This document shows, piece by piece, positions 46,309 to 55,004 of a DNA stretch of 64,000 bases (its first letter is position 1; every line of letters starts with the position of its first letter). The position numbers were made by a program, and so were the translations under genes. The stretch covers positions 21,241 through 85,240 of the forward strand of contig JBGQBE010000008.1 in assembly GCA_041494685.1 (NCBI GenBank), written 5' to 3'. Source of the DNA: Dehalococcoidia bacterium (GTDB lineage: Bacteria; Chloroflexota; Dehalococcoidia; DSTF01; JACRBR01). Under the pieces are notes generated by a model, which did not search any database, was not told where the DNA came from, and worked only from the letters and a program-made list of their open reading frames with translations.

Positions 46309-47622
46309 ATGACTGACGCACACCCCTACATCCCGCTCACCGACGACGACCGCGCGGCGATGCTGGCCGCGGTCGGCGCGGCATCGACCGGGGCGCTCTT
46401 CGCCGACATCCCGGCGGCGTACCGGGACCCTGAGCTGCGGCTGCCGGACCCGCTCTCGGAGCTGGAGTTGCTGGACGAGGCGCGTACGCTGGCGGCGCGG
46501 AATCGCACGGCGGCGGAGTACGCCTGCTTCCTCGGCGCGGGCGCCTACCGCCACTTCCGGCCGTCGCTGGTGGAGCCGCTGGTGATGCGCGGCGAGTTCC
46601 TGACCAGCTACACGCCGTACCAGCCCGAGGTCTCGCAGGGCACGCTGCAGACGATCTTCGAGTTCCAGTCGCTGGTGTGCGAGCTGACCGGCATGGACGT
46701 CGCGAACGCCGGCATGTACGACGGCGCGTCGGCGCTGGCCGAGGCGTGCCTGATGGCGTGCGCCGTCACGGGGCGGCGGCGGGTCGCCGTGTCCGAGCGC
46801 GTGCACCCGAACTGGCTCGCCGTGGTGCAGGGGTACGCCCACGGCCGCGGCATCGCCGTGGACGTACAGCCGCACGGCGCGTTCGCGCTGACCGGTGAGC
46901 ACGCCTGCCTGGCGGTCGCGCAGCCCGACTTCTTCGGGCGCGTGTCGGCCGATGCGGCTGCGTGGGGCGAGGCGGCGCACGCCGCCGGCGCGCTGTACGT
47001 CGTCGCCGCGGATCCGATCAGCCTGGGGCTGTACCGGCCGCCGGCGCGCTACGGCGCGGACATCGTCGTGTCGGAAGGGCAGTCGCTGGGCGTGCCGCTG
47101 AGCTTCGGCGGGCCGTATGTCGGGCTCTTCGCCTGCCGCGAGAAGTACATCCGCCAGATGCCGGGCCGCATCGTCGGCCGCACCGCCGATCTCGAAGGGC
47201 GCACCGGCTACGTGCTGACGCTGCAGACGCGCGAGCAGCACATCCGCCGCGAGCGCGCGACGAGCAACATCTGCACGAGCCAGCAGCTCATCGCGCTGTC
47301 GGCGTCGGTGTACCTGGCGGCGTTGGGGCCGCGCGGCCTGCGGCGCGTCGCGGAACTCTGCTACGAGAAGGCGCACTTCGCGGCGGAGCGCATCGACGCC
47401 CTGCCGGGGTTCAGCGTGGAGCGCGGCGAGCCGTGGTTCCACGAGTTCGTCGTGCGGACGCCGAAGCCGCCGGCCGAGATCAACCGGGCGCTGATCGCGC
47501 GGCGGATCATCGGCGGGCTCGACGTATCGGACCTGCTGCACAACCGGATGCTGCTGTGCGCGACCGAGATGAACTCGCGCGCCGAGATCGACGCGCTGGT
47601 CGAGGCGCTGGCGGACGTGTAG
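46309..47622 (+). CDS. gcvPA: Glycine dehydrogenase (decarboxylating) subunit 1
   Basis: HPYIPLTDDDRAAML...FLGAGAYRHF...TPYQPEVSQGTLQ. The start is taken at ATG 46309; the ORF is open from 46234. Confidence 0.92.
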   Translation: MTDAHPYIPLTDDDRAAMLAAVGAASTGALFADIPAAYRDPELRLPDPLSELELLDEARTLAARNRTAAEYACFLGAGAYRHFRPSLVEPLVMRGEFLTSYTPYQPEVSQGTLQTIFEFQSLVCELTGMDVANAGMYDGASALAEACLMACAVTGRRRVAVSERVHPNWLAVVQGYAHGRGIAVDVQPHGAFALTGEHACLAVAQPDFFGRVSADAAAWGEAAHAAGALYVVAADPISLGLYRPPARYGADIVVSEGQSLGVPLSFGGPYVGLFACREKYIRQMPGRIVGRTADLEGRTGYVLTLQTREQHIRRERATSNICTSQQLIALSASVYLAALGPRGLRRVAELCYEKAHFAAERIDALPGFSVERGEPWFHEFVVRTPKPPAEINRALIARRIIGGLDVSDLLHNRMLLCATEMNSRAEIDALVEALADV

Positions 47623-47704
47623 GACGTAGGATCCAGAACCTAGAACTTGGAACCTAGGACCTGGAACCTGGAACCTAGGATCTGGAACTTAGAACTTAGC
47701 AGGA
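47621..47704 (+). repeat. Twelve tandem heptamers of consensus GGAACCT/AGAACTT
   Basis: AGGACGT AGGATCC AGAACCT AGAACTT GGAACCT AGGACCT GGAACCT GGAACCT AGGATCT GGAACTT AGAACTT AGCAGGA. Fills the gcvPA-gcvPB spacer. Confidence 0.95.
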
Positions 47705-47714
47705 TGTTGACGAC

Positions 47715-49169
47715 ATGGTTGACCGCGGGAAGACGATCGAACCGACGCTGATGGAGCTGTCGCACGCGGGGCGCATGGGCGTGACGCTGCCGGCGTCCGA
47801 CGTGCCGGCGTCGGCCGACGCGATCCCGCCGGAGATGCTGCGCGGCGACCTGCGCCTGCCGGAGCTGTCGCAGCTCGACGTCGTGCGGCACTACACGCGG
47901 CTCTCGCAGCTCAACTGGTCGATCGACACGCACATGTACCCGCTGGGCTCCTGCACGATGAAGCTCAACCCGAAGGTGAACGACGCCATCGCCGCCATGC
48001 CCGGCTTCGCCGAGGCGCACCCGATGCAGCCCGCCGAGGACGTGCAGGGCGCGCTGGCGGTGATGCACGGTCTGCAGCGCGCGCTCGCCGAGATCACGGG
48101 CATGGCGGACGCGTCGCTGGCGCCGCTGGCGGGCGCGCAGGGCGAACTGGCGGGCGTGCTGGTGATCAAGGCGTACCTGGAGTCGCTCGGCGAGCACCGG
48201 ACGACGATCGTCGTGCCGGACTCCGCGCACGGCACGAACCCGGCGACCGCGTCCATGGCCGGGTTCGACGTGGTGACGGTGAAGCCGCAGCCGGACGGCG
48301 ACATGGACCTCGACGCGCTGCGGGCGGCGTTGGAAGTGCACGGGCCGACCGTGGCGGCGCTGATGATCACGCTGCCCAGCACGCTCGGCCTCTTCGACCG
48401 GAACATCGTCCAGATCGCGGAGATGGTGCACGCGCACGGCGCGCTGATGTACGGCGACGGCGCGAACCTGAACGCCATGCTCGGGCAGGTGAAGCCGGGC
48501 GACCTCGGGTTCGACGTGATGCACATCAACCTGCACAAGACGTTCAGCCAGCCGCACGGCGGCGGCGGCCCCGGCGCTGGCCCGATCGTCGTGAAGGAGC
48601 ACCTCCTGCCGTTCCTGCCGTCGCCGCACGTCGTGCGCGAAGGCGACCTGTACCGTCTGGTCGATCCGGAGCGGAGCATCGGGCGGCTGGGGGCGTTCCA
48701 GGGGAACTTCGGCGTGCTGCTGCGCGCGTACGCGTACATCCGCGCGCTCGGGGCGGACGGTCTGCGCGCGATCAGCGAGGCGGCGGTGCTGAACGCCAAC
48801 TACGTGCAGGCGCGGCTGCGCGGCGCCTACGACCTGGCGCACGACCGCACCTGCATGCACGAGGTGCTGTTCTCCGGCCGCCGCCAGAAGGCGCAGGGCG
48901 CGAAGACGCTCGACATCGCGAAGCGGATGATCGATTACGGCTACCACCCGCCGACGATCTACTTCCCGCTGGTCGTGGACGAGGCGCTGATGATCGAGCC
49001 GACGGAGAGCGAGTCGAAAGAGACGCTGGACGCGTTCTGCGAGGCGATGCTGGCGATCGCGCACGAGGCGGAGACGCAGCCGGAGCTGCTGCGCGACGCC
49101 CCGCACACCGCGCCCGTCCGCCGCCTCGACGAGGCTACCGCCGCGCGGAAGCCGGTGCTTCGCTGGTGA
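47715..49169 (+). CDS. gcvPB: Glycine dehydrogenase (decarboxylating) subunit 2
   Basis: YPLGSCTMKLNPK...HINLHKTFSQPHGGGGPG. The PLP-Lys motif NLHKTF is present. Confidence 0.95.
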   Translation: MVDRGKTIEPTLMELSHAGRMGVTLPASDVPASADAIPPEMLRGDLRLPELSQLDVVRHYTRLSQLNWSIDTHMYPLGSCTMKLNPKVNDAIAAMPGFAEAHPMQPAEDVQGALAVMHGLQRALAEITGMADASLAPLAGAQGELAGVLVIKAYLESLGEHRTTIVVPDSAHGTNPATASMAGFDVVTVKPQPDGDMDLDALRAALEVHGPTVAALMITLPSTLGLFDRNIVQIAEMVHAHGALMYGDGANLNAMLGQVKPGDLGFDVMHINLHKTFSQPHGGGGPGAGPIVVKEHLLPFLPSPHVVREGDLYRLVDPERSIGRLGAFQGNFGVLLRAYAYIRALGADGLRAISEAAVLNANYVQARLRGAYDLAHDRTCMHEVLFSGRRQKAQGAKTLDIAKRMIDYGYHPPTIYFPLVVDEALMIEPTESESKETLDAFCEAMLAIAHEAETQPELLRDAPHTAPVRRLDEATAARKPVLRW

Positions 49170-49206
49170 CGTTGGTCCGGCGCTTGATTCGCTCACGGAG
49201 ACGCTG

Positions 49207-50120
49207 ATGTCCGCTGGCAAGATGCATGCCGACGAGGTGGACATCGACGCAACTCTCGTCCGCCGCTTGCTCGTCGCGCAGTTTCCGCAATGGGCAGACC
49301 TTCCCGTCGAGCCGGTCCTCTCCGCTGGGACGGACAACGCGATCTATCGGCTCGGCGACGACATGGCCGTGCGACTGCCTCGCATCGCCGGGGCGATCCC
49401 GCAGGTGGAGAAGGAGCATCGCTGGCTCCCGACGCTTGCGCCGCACCTGCCGCTTGCCGTCCTGTTCCGCTGGCGAAGGGAAGCCCCGGTGAGGGGTACC
49501 CGTGGTACTGGTCCGTTTACCGATGGCTCGAAGGCGAGGACGCGACCACCGGGCGCATCGCCGATCTCAATCAGGCGGCGACCGATCTGGCGCAGTTCGT
49601 GGCGGCTTTGCAACGGATCGATCCTGCGGGCGGGCTGGCCCCCGGGCCGGACAACTTCTTCCGCGGCGTACCGCTCGCACAGCGAGATGCCGCCACCCGC
49701 AGTGCGATCGCGAGCCTCGACGGCGTGGTCGATGCCGATGCGGTGACGGCAGAGTGGGAAGCGGCACTCAAGGCACCAGGATGGGAAGATGCGCCCGTCT
49801 GGATCCACGGCGACCTGTCATCCGGAAACCTGCTGGTCGAAGGAGGCCGCTTGACCGCCGTCATCGATTTCGGATGTCTGGGGGTGGGCGATCCGGCATC
49901 CGACGTGGCGGTCGCGTGGACGCTCTTCTCGGGCGAAAGCCGGGACGTGTTCCGCGCAGCGCTGTCGGTGGATGACGCGACTTGGGAGCGAGGCCGCGGT
50001 TGGGCGCTGTCGTGGGCGCTAATCTTCATCCCGTACTACCTGGACACCAACCCCGTGGGCGTCGCGAGCGCCCGGCGCACGATCGCCGAAGTGCTCGCCG
50101 ATGGCCGGCCCGGTGCGTGA
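49207..50120 (+). pseudogene. Aminoglycoside/hydroxyurea-type phosphotransferase (APH family), frameshifted near 49461
   Basis: The N-part (49207 frame) reads ...GTDNAIYRLGDDMAVRLPR...LAPHLPLAV. The C-part (49290 frame) reads PVPLAKGSPGEGYPWYWSVYRWLEG...WIHGDLSSGNLLV...VIDFG. One extra C in GTCC(C)TG would join the two frames. Confidence 0.8.
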
Positions 50121-50205
50121 CACGGGCGTAGGACACCCCTCGCTCCTGTTTCCAGAAATCTGTAAATACTGGTATTCTGGTGCCGACATAGATAGGGAGG
50201 TACGC

Positions 50206-50496
50206 ATGTCCGACACACGGATCGTCCGGCAACTGCGAAATGGCCAGATCACCATCCCCAAGCGCTTTCGCGAGGCGCTTGGACTGCGCGATGACGACCT
50301 GCTCTCGATCTCGCTTTCCGGCGACAAGCTTGAACTCGCGTCGGTGCGGGTGAGCGAGAAGCCGTCCGACGCCGCGTGGCTACGCGAGCTGTACGACCTG
50401 TATGCTCCGGTGCGCGAGAGCCTCAAGGGCGAGAGCGAAGCCGAGATTAACAAGACGATCGACGCCGCGGTGCGGGGTGTGCGCTCGCGGCGATGA
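50206..50496 (+). CDS. AbrB/SpoVT-type antitoxin
   Basis: GGGAGG precedes ATG 50206. The swapped-hairpin motif RNGQITIPKRFREALGL is present. ATGA overlap with the PIN gene. Confidence 0.8.
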   Translation: MSDTRIVRQLRNGQITIPKRFREALGLRDDDLLSISLSGDKLELASVRVSEKPSDAAWLRELYDLYAPVRESLKGESEAEINKTIDAAVRGVRSRR

Positions 50497-50906
50497 GAGC
50501 CGTCCTCGACACGGTCGTCTTCGTCCGCGCCCTGATCAACCCTGCGGGCATCTGGAGCCGCGTGCTCCAGGCGAGTGATCGCTACGAACTCGTCATCTCG
50601 CCCGACATCATGGTGGAGATCGTGAGCGTGCTGAATCGGCCTGAGCTGCGCCGGCGCTTTCCGCGCATCTCGTCGCTGCCCGACGCGCGGCGGGTCCTGG
50701 CGGCGATCGAGAAGGCGCATTTCGTGACGCCCGAGGCGGTCGAGCCGGTGTGCCGCGACGGCAACGACGACAAGTTCTTCGCCTGTGCTGTGGCTGGCGG
50801 GGCTCAGTACATCGTCAGTGAGGACAAGGACATTCTCGTGATCCGCGAGTACCGCGGCGTTCGGACGATAACCGCCGCGGACTTCCTCGCGCTGATTGGC
50901 GCTTGA
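50493..50906 (+). CDS. PIN-family toxin (putative toxin-antitoxin system toxin component)
   Basis: MRAVLDTVVFVRALI...CRDGNDDKFFACAVAGGAQYIVSEDKD. Confidence 0.8.
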   Translation: MRAVLDTVVFVRALINPAGIWSRVLQASDRYELVISPDIMVEIVSVLNRPELRRRFPRISSLPDARRVLAAIEKAHFVTPEAVEPVCRDGNDDKFFACAVAGGAQYIVSEDKDILVIREYRGVRTITAADFLALIGA

Positions 50907-50913
50907 GCCGCCC

Positions 50914-53280
50914 TTACCGCTGCGCCACCACGCTCGACGCGAGCAGCGACGCGATCCGGTCGTCGCGGACGCCGAACTGGCGTAGCACCTCTGTGGTGTG
51001 CTCGCCGAGGCCGGGCGCGCGGGGGCCGAGGCGCATCGGACGGTCGTGCCAGCGGACGGCCGCGCCGGGCTGCTTCAGGTGGCCCCAGCGCGGGTAGTCG
51101 GCCTCCCACCACAGATCGTTCGCGGCCAGATGCTCGTCCGCGAACGTCTCCATGATCGTCACGCACGGCGCGGCCGGCACGCCGGCCCCGCGCAGCAGCG
51201 ATAGCCAGTGCGCGCGCGGCCGATGCTCCAGCAGCGTGGCGATCTCGCCGGCGACGTCACCGTAGCGGTCGTGGGTAAGCGCGTCGCCCAGCGGCAGTGC
51301 AACGCCCAGCGCGTCGGCGGCGCGCGCGGCGTGTTCGGGCGTGGTGCAGGCGATCGTGAGCGAGCCGTCGGCGGCGTCGTAGATGCGGTACAGCGCGTGC
51401 AGGCCGCGCAGGTCGCGGCCGCCGGGCGGGTCGTCGGGGCGGCCCTCGTAGAAGATGAACTCGCCCGCCTGCACGGTGAACGCGCTGTTCAGCAGGCAGG
51501 TCTCGACGCGCTGCCCGCGCCCCGTGCGCTCGCGCGCCGACAGCGCGGCCATCACGCCGTACGCGGCGGAGAGGGCGGTCGTGTAGTCGCAGAGCGAGAT
51601 CTGCAGGTACACCGGCTCGCCGTGCGGCTCGCCCTGCGCGCGCATCAGGCCGGAGCGCGCCTGGAACAGCGGGTCGAAGCCGGGCAGGTGCGCGTACGGG
51701 CCGTCGGGCCCGTAGCCGGTGACCGAGCAGTGGATCAGGCGCGGGTTGCGCGCGCGCAGGGCGTCCCAGGTCAGCCCCAGGCGGTCCATCACGCCGGCGC
51801 GGAAGTTGTCCATCACCACGTCGGCGCGCGCCGCCAGCTCCAGCACGAGGTCGCGCCCCTCCGGCCGCTTCAGGTCGATGGCGATGCCGCGCTTGCCGCG
51901 GTTGCAGCCCAGGAACGCCAGCCCGGACGTGCGCCAGCCGTCGCCGTCCAGGCTCTCCACTTTGATCACGTCCGCGCCCATGTCGGCCAGCAGCATGCTG
52001 CCGCTCGCCCCCGCGATGAACCCGGTGAGATCGACGATCGTCACCCCGTCCAGCGGCGCACGGTGCGTCGCGGGCGCGCTCTGTTGCCTGCTGTCTGCTG
52101 TCTGCTCCCGCGCGGCACCCTGTTGTCTGCTGTCTGTTGTCTGTTCTTGTCGAAGCAGCGCCTGGTGCTCGCCGAGGCGCGGCGCGGGGCCGCGGACGCG
52201 GCCGGGCGTATCGCGCAGCCACACGGCCACGTTCATCTGGCGCGTGCGCCCCAGCTCGGGGTCGTCCAGGTCGATCATCATGCCGTTGTGCGCGACCTGC
52301 TCGTCGCGCGCGAACTCCTCGCGCGAGAGCACCGGCCCGCGCGGCACGTTCGCCTCTTCCAGGATGCGCAGCCACTCGTCGCGCGGGCGCGCCGTGTACG
52401 CCGCATCGACGCGGCGCGCCAGCTCGGCGCGGTCGTCCGGGTCGGCGACGGCCATCGGCGCGCCGGCGAAGCGCGGGTCGACGAGGCAGTCCTCCAGCCC
52501 GGCCGCGACGGCCATGCTGGCCCAGAAGCCCGGTGTTAGCGCGCCCGCGAAGAGCCAGTCGTCGGACGCCCGCACGAGGCGGTAGGTGGGGATCGGGCCG
52601 TGCGGGTCGACGCGTCCGGAGCGGCGCATGACCGCGTCGCCCTCGAGGTACGCGATCGTCTGCATCGCGAAGATCGCGCTGACGCCCGAGACCTCGAAGC
52701 TGTCGCCGCGGCCGCCGCGGGCGCGCGCGTACAGCGTCGCCGCCACGGCGTTCGAGGCGACGATCGCCTGCGCGTAGCCGGCCAGCGGCAGGTTCAGGAA
52801 GACGGGCGGCTCGTCGTAGCGGTACTGCGCGTCGTTCGCGGCGGACACCGCCTGCACCAGCGCCTCGTCGGGCGGCAGGTCCGCGTGCGGGCCGCGCGAG
52901 CCGTACGCGGGCAGGTAGCCGACGATCAGCCGCGGCTGCGCGGCGCGCAGCGCTTCGGGCTCGAAGCCAAGGCGTGCGTCCTCGCCCGGCGTCCAGTCGT
53001 AGAGGAAGACGTCGGCGCCCGCGACGAGACGACGCAGGTCCGCGCGCCCGGCCGCGGTCTCGAGATCGAGCACGACGCCGCGCTTGCCGCGGTTCACGAC
53101 GTGGAACGCGGGCGTGCCGCGCTGGCGGTCGCCGCCCGGCGGCTCCACCTTGATCACGTCGGCGCCGTGGTCGGCGAGCAGCATCGCGGTGTACGGGCCG
53201 CCGATGCCCTGCGTGGCGTCGATCACGCGCAGGCCGTCGAACGCGGGCGCGTGGTCGGGCGAGTCGTCGGGTGCGGTCAT
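50914..53280 (-). CDS. Two family-III (CaiB/BaiF) CoA-transferase units in one 788-aa ORF, joined by a repeat-encoded linker
   Basis: Unit 1: FDGLRVIDATQGIGGPYTAMLLADHGADVIKVEPPGGD. Unit 2: LDGVTIVDLTGFIAGASGSMLLADMGADVIKVESLDGD. Linker: RQEQTTDSRQQGAAREQTADSRQQ, from the heptamers at 52081-52148. Confidence 0.85.
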   Translation of the reverse strand: MTAPDDSPDHAPAFDGLRVIDATQGIGGPYTAMLLADHGADVIKVEPPGGDRQRGTPAFHVVNRGKRGVVLDLETAAGRADLRRLVAGADVFLYDWTPGEDARLGFEPEALRAAQPRLIVGYLPAYGSRGPHADLPPDEALVQAVSAANDAQYRYDEPPVFLNLPLAGYAQAIVASNAVAATLYARARGGRGDSFEVSGVSAIFAMQTIAYLEGDAVMRRSGRVDPHGPIPTYRLVRASDDWLFAGALTPGFWASMAVAAGLEDCLVDPRFAGAPMAVADPDDRAELARRVDAAYTARPRDEWLRILEEANVPRGPVLSREEFARDEQVAHNGMMIDLDDPELGRTRQMNVAVWLRDTPGRVRGPAPRLGEHQALLRQEQTTDSRQQGAAREQTADSRQQSAPATHRAPLDGVTIVDLTGFIAGASGSMLLADMGADVIKVESLDGDGWRTSGLAFLGCNRGKRGIAIDLKRPEGRDLVLELAARADVVMDNFRAGVMDRLGLTWDALRARNPRLIHCSVTGYGPDGPYAHLPGFDPLFQARSGLMRAQGEPHGEPVYLQISLCDYTTALSAAYGVMAALSARERTGRGQRVETCLLNSAFTVQAGEFIFYEGRPDDPPGGRDLRGLHALYRIYDAADGSLTIACTTPEHAARAADALGVALPLGDALTHDRYGDVAGEIATLLEHRPRAHWLSLLRGAGVPAAPCVTIMETFADEHLAANDLWWEADYPRWGHLKQPGAAVRWHDRPMRLGPRAPGLGEHTTEVLRQFGVRDDRIASLLASSVVAQR
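52081..52148 (-). repeat. CAGACAA/CAGCAGA heptamer repeats (sense orientation of the minus-strand gene)
   Basis: The plus strand reads CTGTTGC CTGCTGT CTGCTGT CTGCTCC ... TTGTCTG CTGTCTG TTGTCTG. Confidence 0.9.
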
Positions 53281-53350
53281 GGGTGGTTGATACGGGAGTG
53301 GCCGCGGTGCGTCAAGCCGGGCGGCGCGTCACGGCGGGGAGACGTTTGTC

Positions 53351-53379
53351 CACAGATGACACAGATGGACACAGATGAT
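53351..53379. repeat. Three tandem copies of CACAGATG(A/GA)
   Basis: CACAGATGA CACAGATGGA CACAGATGAT, in the spacer between larA and the CoA-transferase gene. Confidence 0.85.
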
Positions 53380-53422
53380 GGGTGGGGTGAGCCAGTTGGC
53401 CGGGAGACGGTGAGGAGGCGAA

Positions 53423-54706
53423 CTACCCGCCAGCGACGACCGGCACGGTGAGCTGGCCGTAGGGCAGCACGCACACCGCCGGCTCGCGGCGGAGCGCTGT
53501 GCGCCGCTCGGCGATGATCGTCGCGAGCGTGGCGTCGACGTCCGGGGCGTAGCGCAGGTGCGCGCGCTCGACCGTCTCGCGCGGGAGGGCGGAGTGCAGC
53601 CAGACGTCGCAGCGCGCCTGCACCATCGCCTGCACCTGCACCTGCCACTGGTCGAACACCGTCTCGTGCGCGCCGTCCTGGATGCGCTCCAGCAGCGCCC
53701 GCGGCGACGCCTCGCTCGCCAGCATGCCCGCGTACTCGCCGGCGCCGACGCCTTCGCGGCACTCGGCGACGAGCAGGATCGTGCCGCCCGGCGCGCACGC
53801 CTGCGCCGCGACGGACATCCCCTTCACGGACTGGTAGAGCACCAGGTCGGCCGGATAGCCCATGTTCGTCGCGACGACGATGTCGAAGGCGCGCGGGATG
53901 GGGCGCACGGCCTGGCGCGCGGCCTGCGCGATCGCCGCGTCGTGCGCGGCGGCCATCTCTCCCGCGAAGACGCCCGTGATGCGCTTTTTTTCGTCGAGCG
54001 TGACGTTGACGGTGAACGACGGGTTGGACTTCAGCGCGGCGTCGCGCATCTGCTCGAAGATCGGGTTGCCGTCCGTGACGCACCAGGTGGCCTTCGCGTG
54101 GCCGATCATGCGCGCGTCGTGGTTGGCCATGATCGCCCGCGCGCCGGCGATGCCCGGCAGCACGGCCTTGCCGCCGCCGGAGTAGCCCGCGAACAGGTGC
54201 GGCTCGACGAAGCCGGTGACGATGCGCAGGTCCGCGGCCAGGTAGTCGCGGTTGAGCCAGACGCCCGCGCCGTCCGGCCCCGTCGCCAGGAACGCGTGCT
54301 GCGCGGCGTCGCGCGCGTCGTGGTCGACGATGCGGTAGCGCGACAGGATCCCGTCGCCCAGGATGCGGCGGCGCTCGTCGTGGCGCGACGGGCGGTGCAG
54401 GCCGGTGCCGATGACGATCGTCACGTCGTCGCGCGCCACGCCGGCCGCTTCGATGGTTTCGAGCAGCGGCGGCAGGATCACCTGGTTCGGCACGGGGCGC
54501 GTTACGTCGGAGACGATAATCGCGGCCTTCTGCCCCGCACGCGCGATGCGGCGCAGCGGCGCGCTGCCGATCGGCGCGTCGATCGCGGCGCGGACGGCTG
54601 CGGCGGCGTCGGCAAGCGGGGGCGTGCGCTCCGGCAGCAGCACGGTCGCGCTGTCCGGCACCTCGGCGTCGATGCCGCGTTCACCGTACGGCAGGTGGAT
54701 CTTCAC
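53423..54706 (-). CDS. larA: Nickel-dependent lactate racemase family protein (LarA/DUF2088)
   Basis: IIVSDVTRPVP...VIGTGLHRP...GFVEPHLFAGYSGGGK... Confidence 0.85.
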   Translation of the reverse strand: MKIHLPYGERGIDAEVPDSATVLLPERTPPLADAAAAVRAAIDAPIGSAPLRRIARAGQKAAIIVSDVTRPVPNQVILPPLLETIEAAGVARDDVTIVIGTGLHRPSRHDERRRILGDGILSRYRIVDHDARDAAQHAFLATGPDGAGVWLNRDYLAADLRIVTGFVEPHLFAGYSGGGKAVLPGIAGARAIMANHDARMIGHAKATWCVTDGNPIFEQMRDAALKSNPSFTVNVTLDEKKRITGVFAGEMAAAHDAAIAQAARQAVRPIPRAFDIVVATNMGYPADLVLYQSVKGMSVAAQACAPGGTILLVAECREGVGAGEYAGMLASEASPRALLERIQDGAHETVFDQWQVQVQAMVQARCDVWLHSALPRETVERAHLRYAPDVDATLATIIAERRTALRREPAVCVLPYGQLTVPVVAGG

Positions 54707-54722
54707 AGCTATCCGTTCACGG

Positions 54723-54986
54723 CTAACCGCCGGCCCGGCGCTCGTGGCGGCGGATGAACGTGCCGATCAGGATCGTGCCGACGCCGCCGAACGCGGCCGA
54801 CGCCAGCAGCGCCCAGATCATCCGCGTGTGCCAGCCGAACCAGAGGAAGTTGATGTCGGCCGACTGCAGGTTCTGCAGCAAGAAGAGCACCAGCAGCGCG
54901 ATCGCCGCGATGCCGGCGCCCAGCTTGACGCGCTGCCACGTGTTGGGTGCTTCTTCCGGTAGTTGCGTCGTCGGGTGTTGTGTCAT
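54723..54986 (-). CDS. Small membrane protein (LapA/DUF1049-like)
   Basis: Two TM segments separated by NLQSADINFLWFGW. Confidence 0.6.
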   Translation of the reverse strand: MTQHPTTQLPEEAPNTWQRVKLGAGIAAIALLVLFLLQNLQSADINFLWFGWHTRMIWALLASAAFGGVGTILIGTFIRRHERRAGG

Positions 54987-55004
54987 GGTGCGTCCCCCCG
55001 CGTG

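Noticed and set aside
47640-49337. 565-aa minus-strand ORF antisense to gcvPB
   Set aside because: Same reasoning as above: gcvPB carries the PLP-lysine motif, and the antisense product is Arg-rich with no motif.
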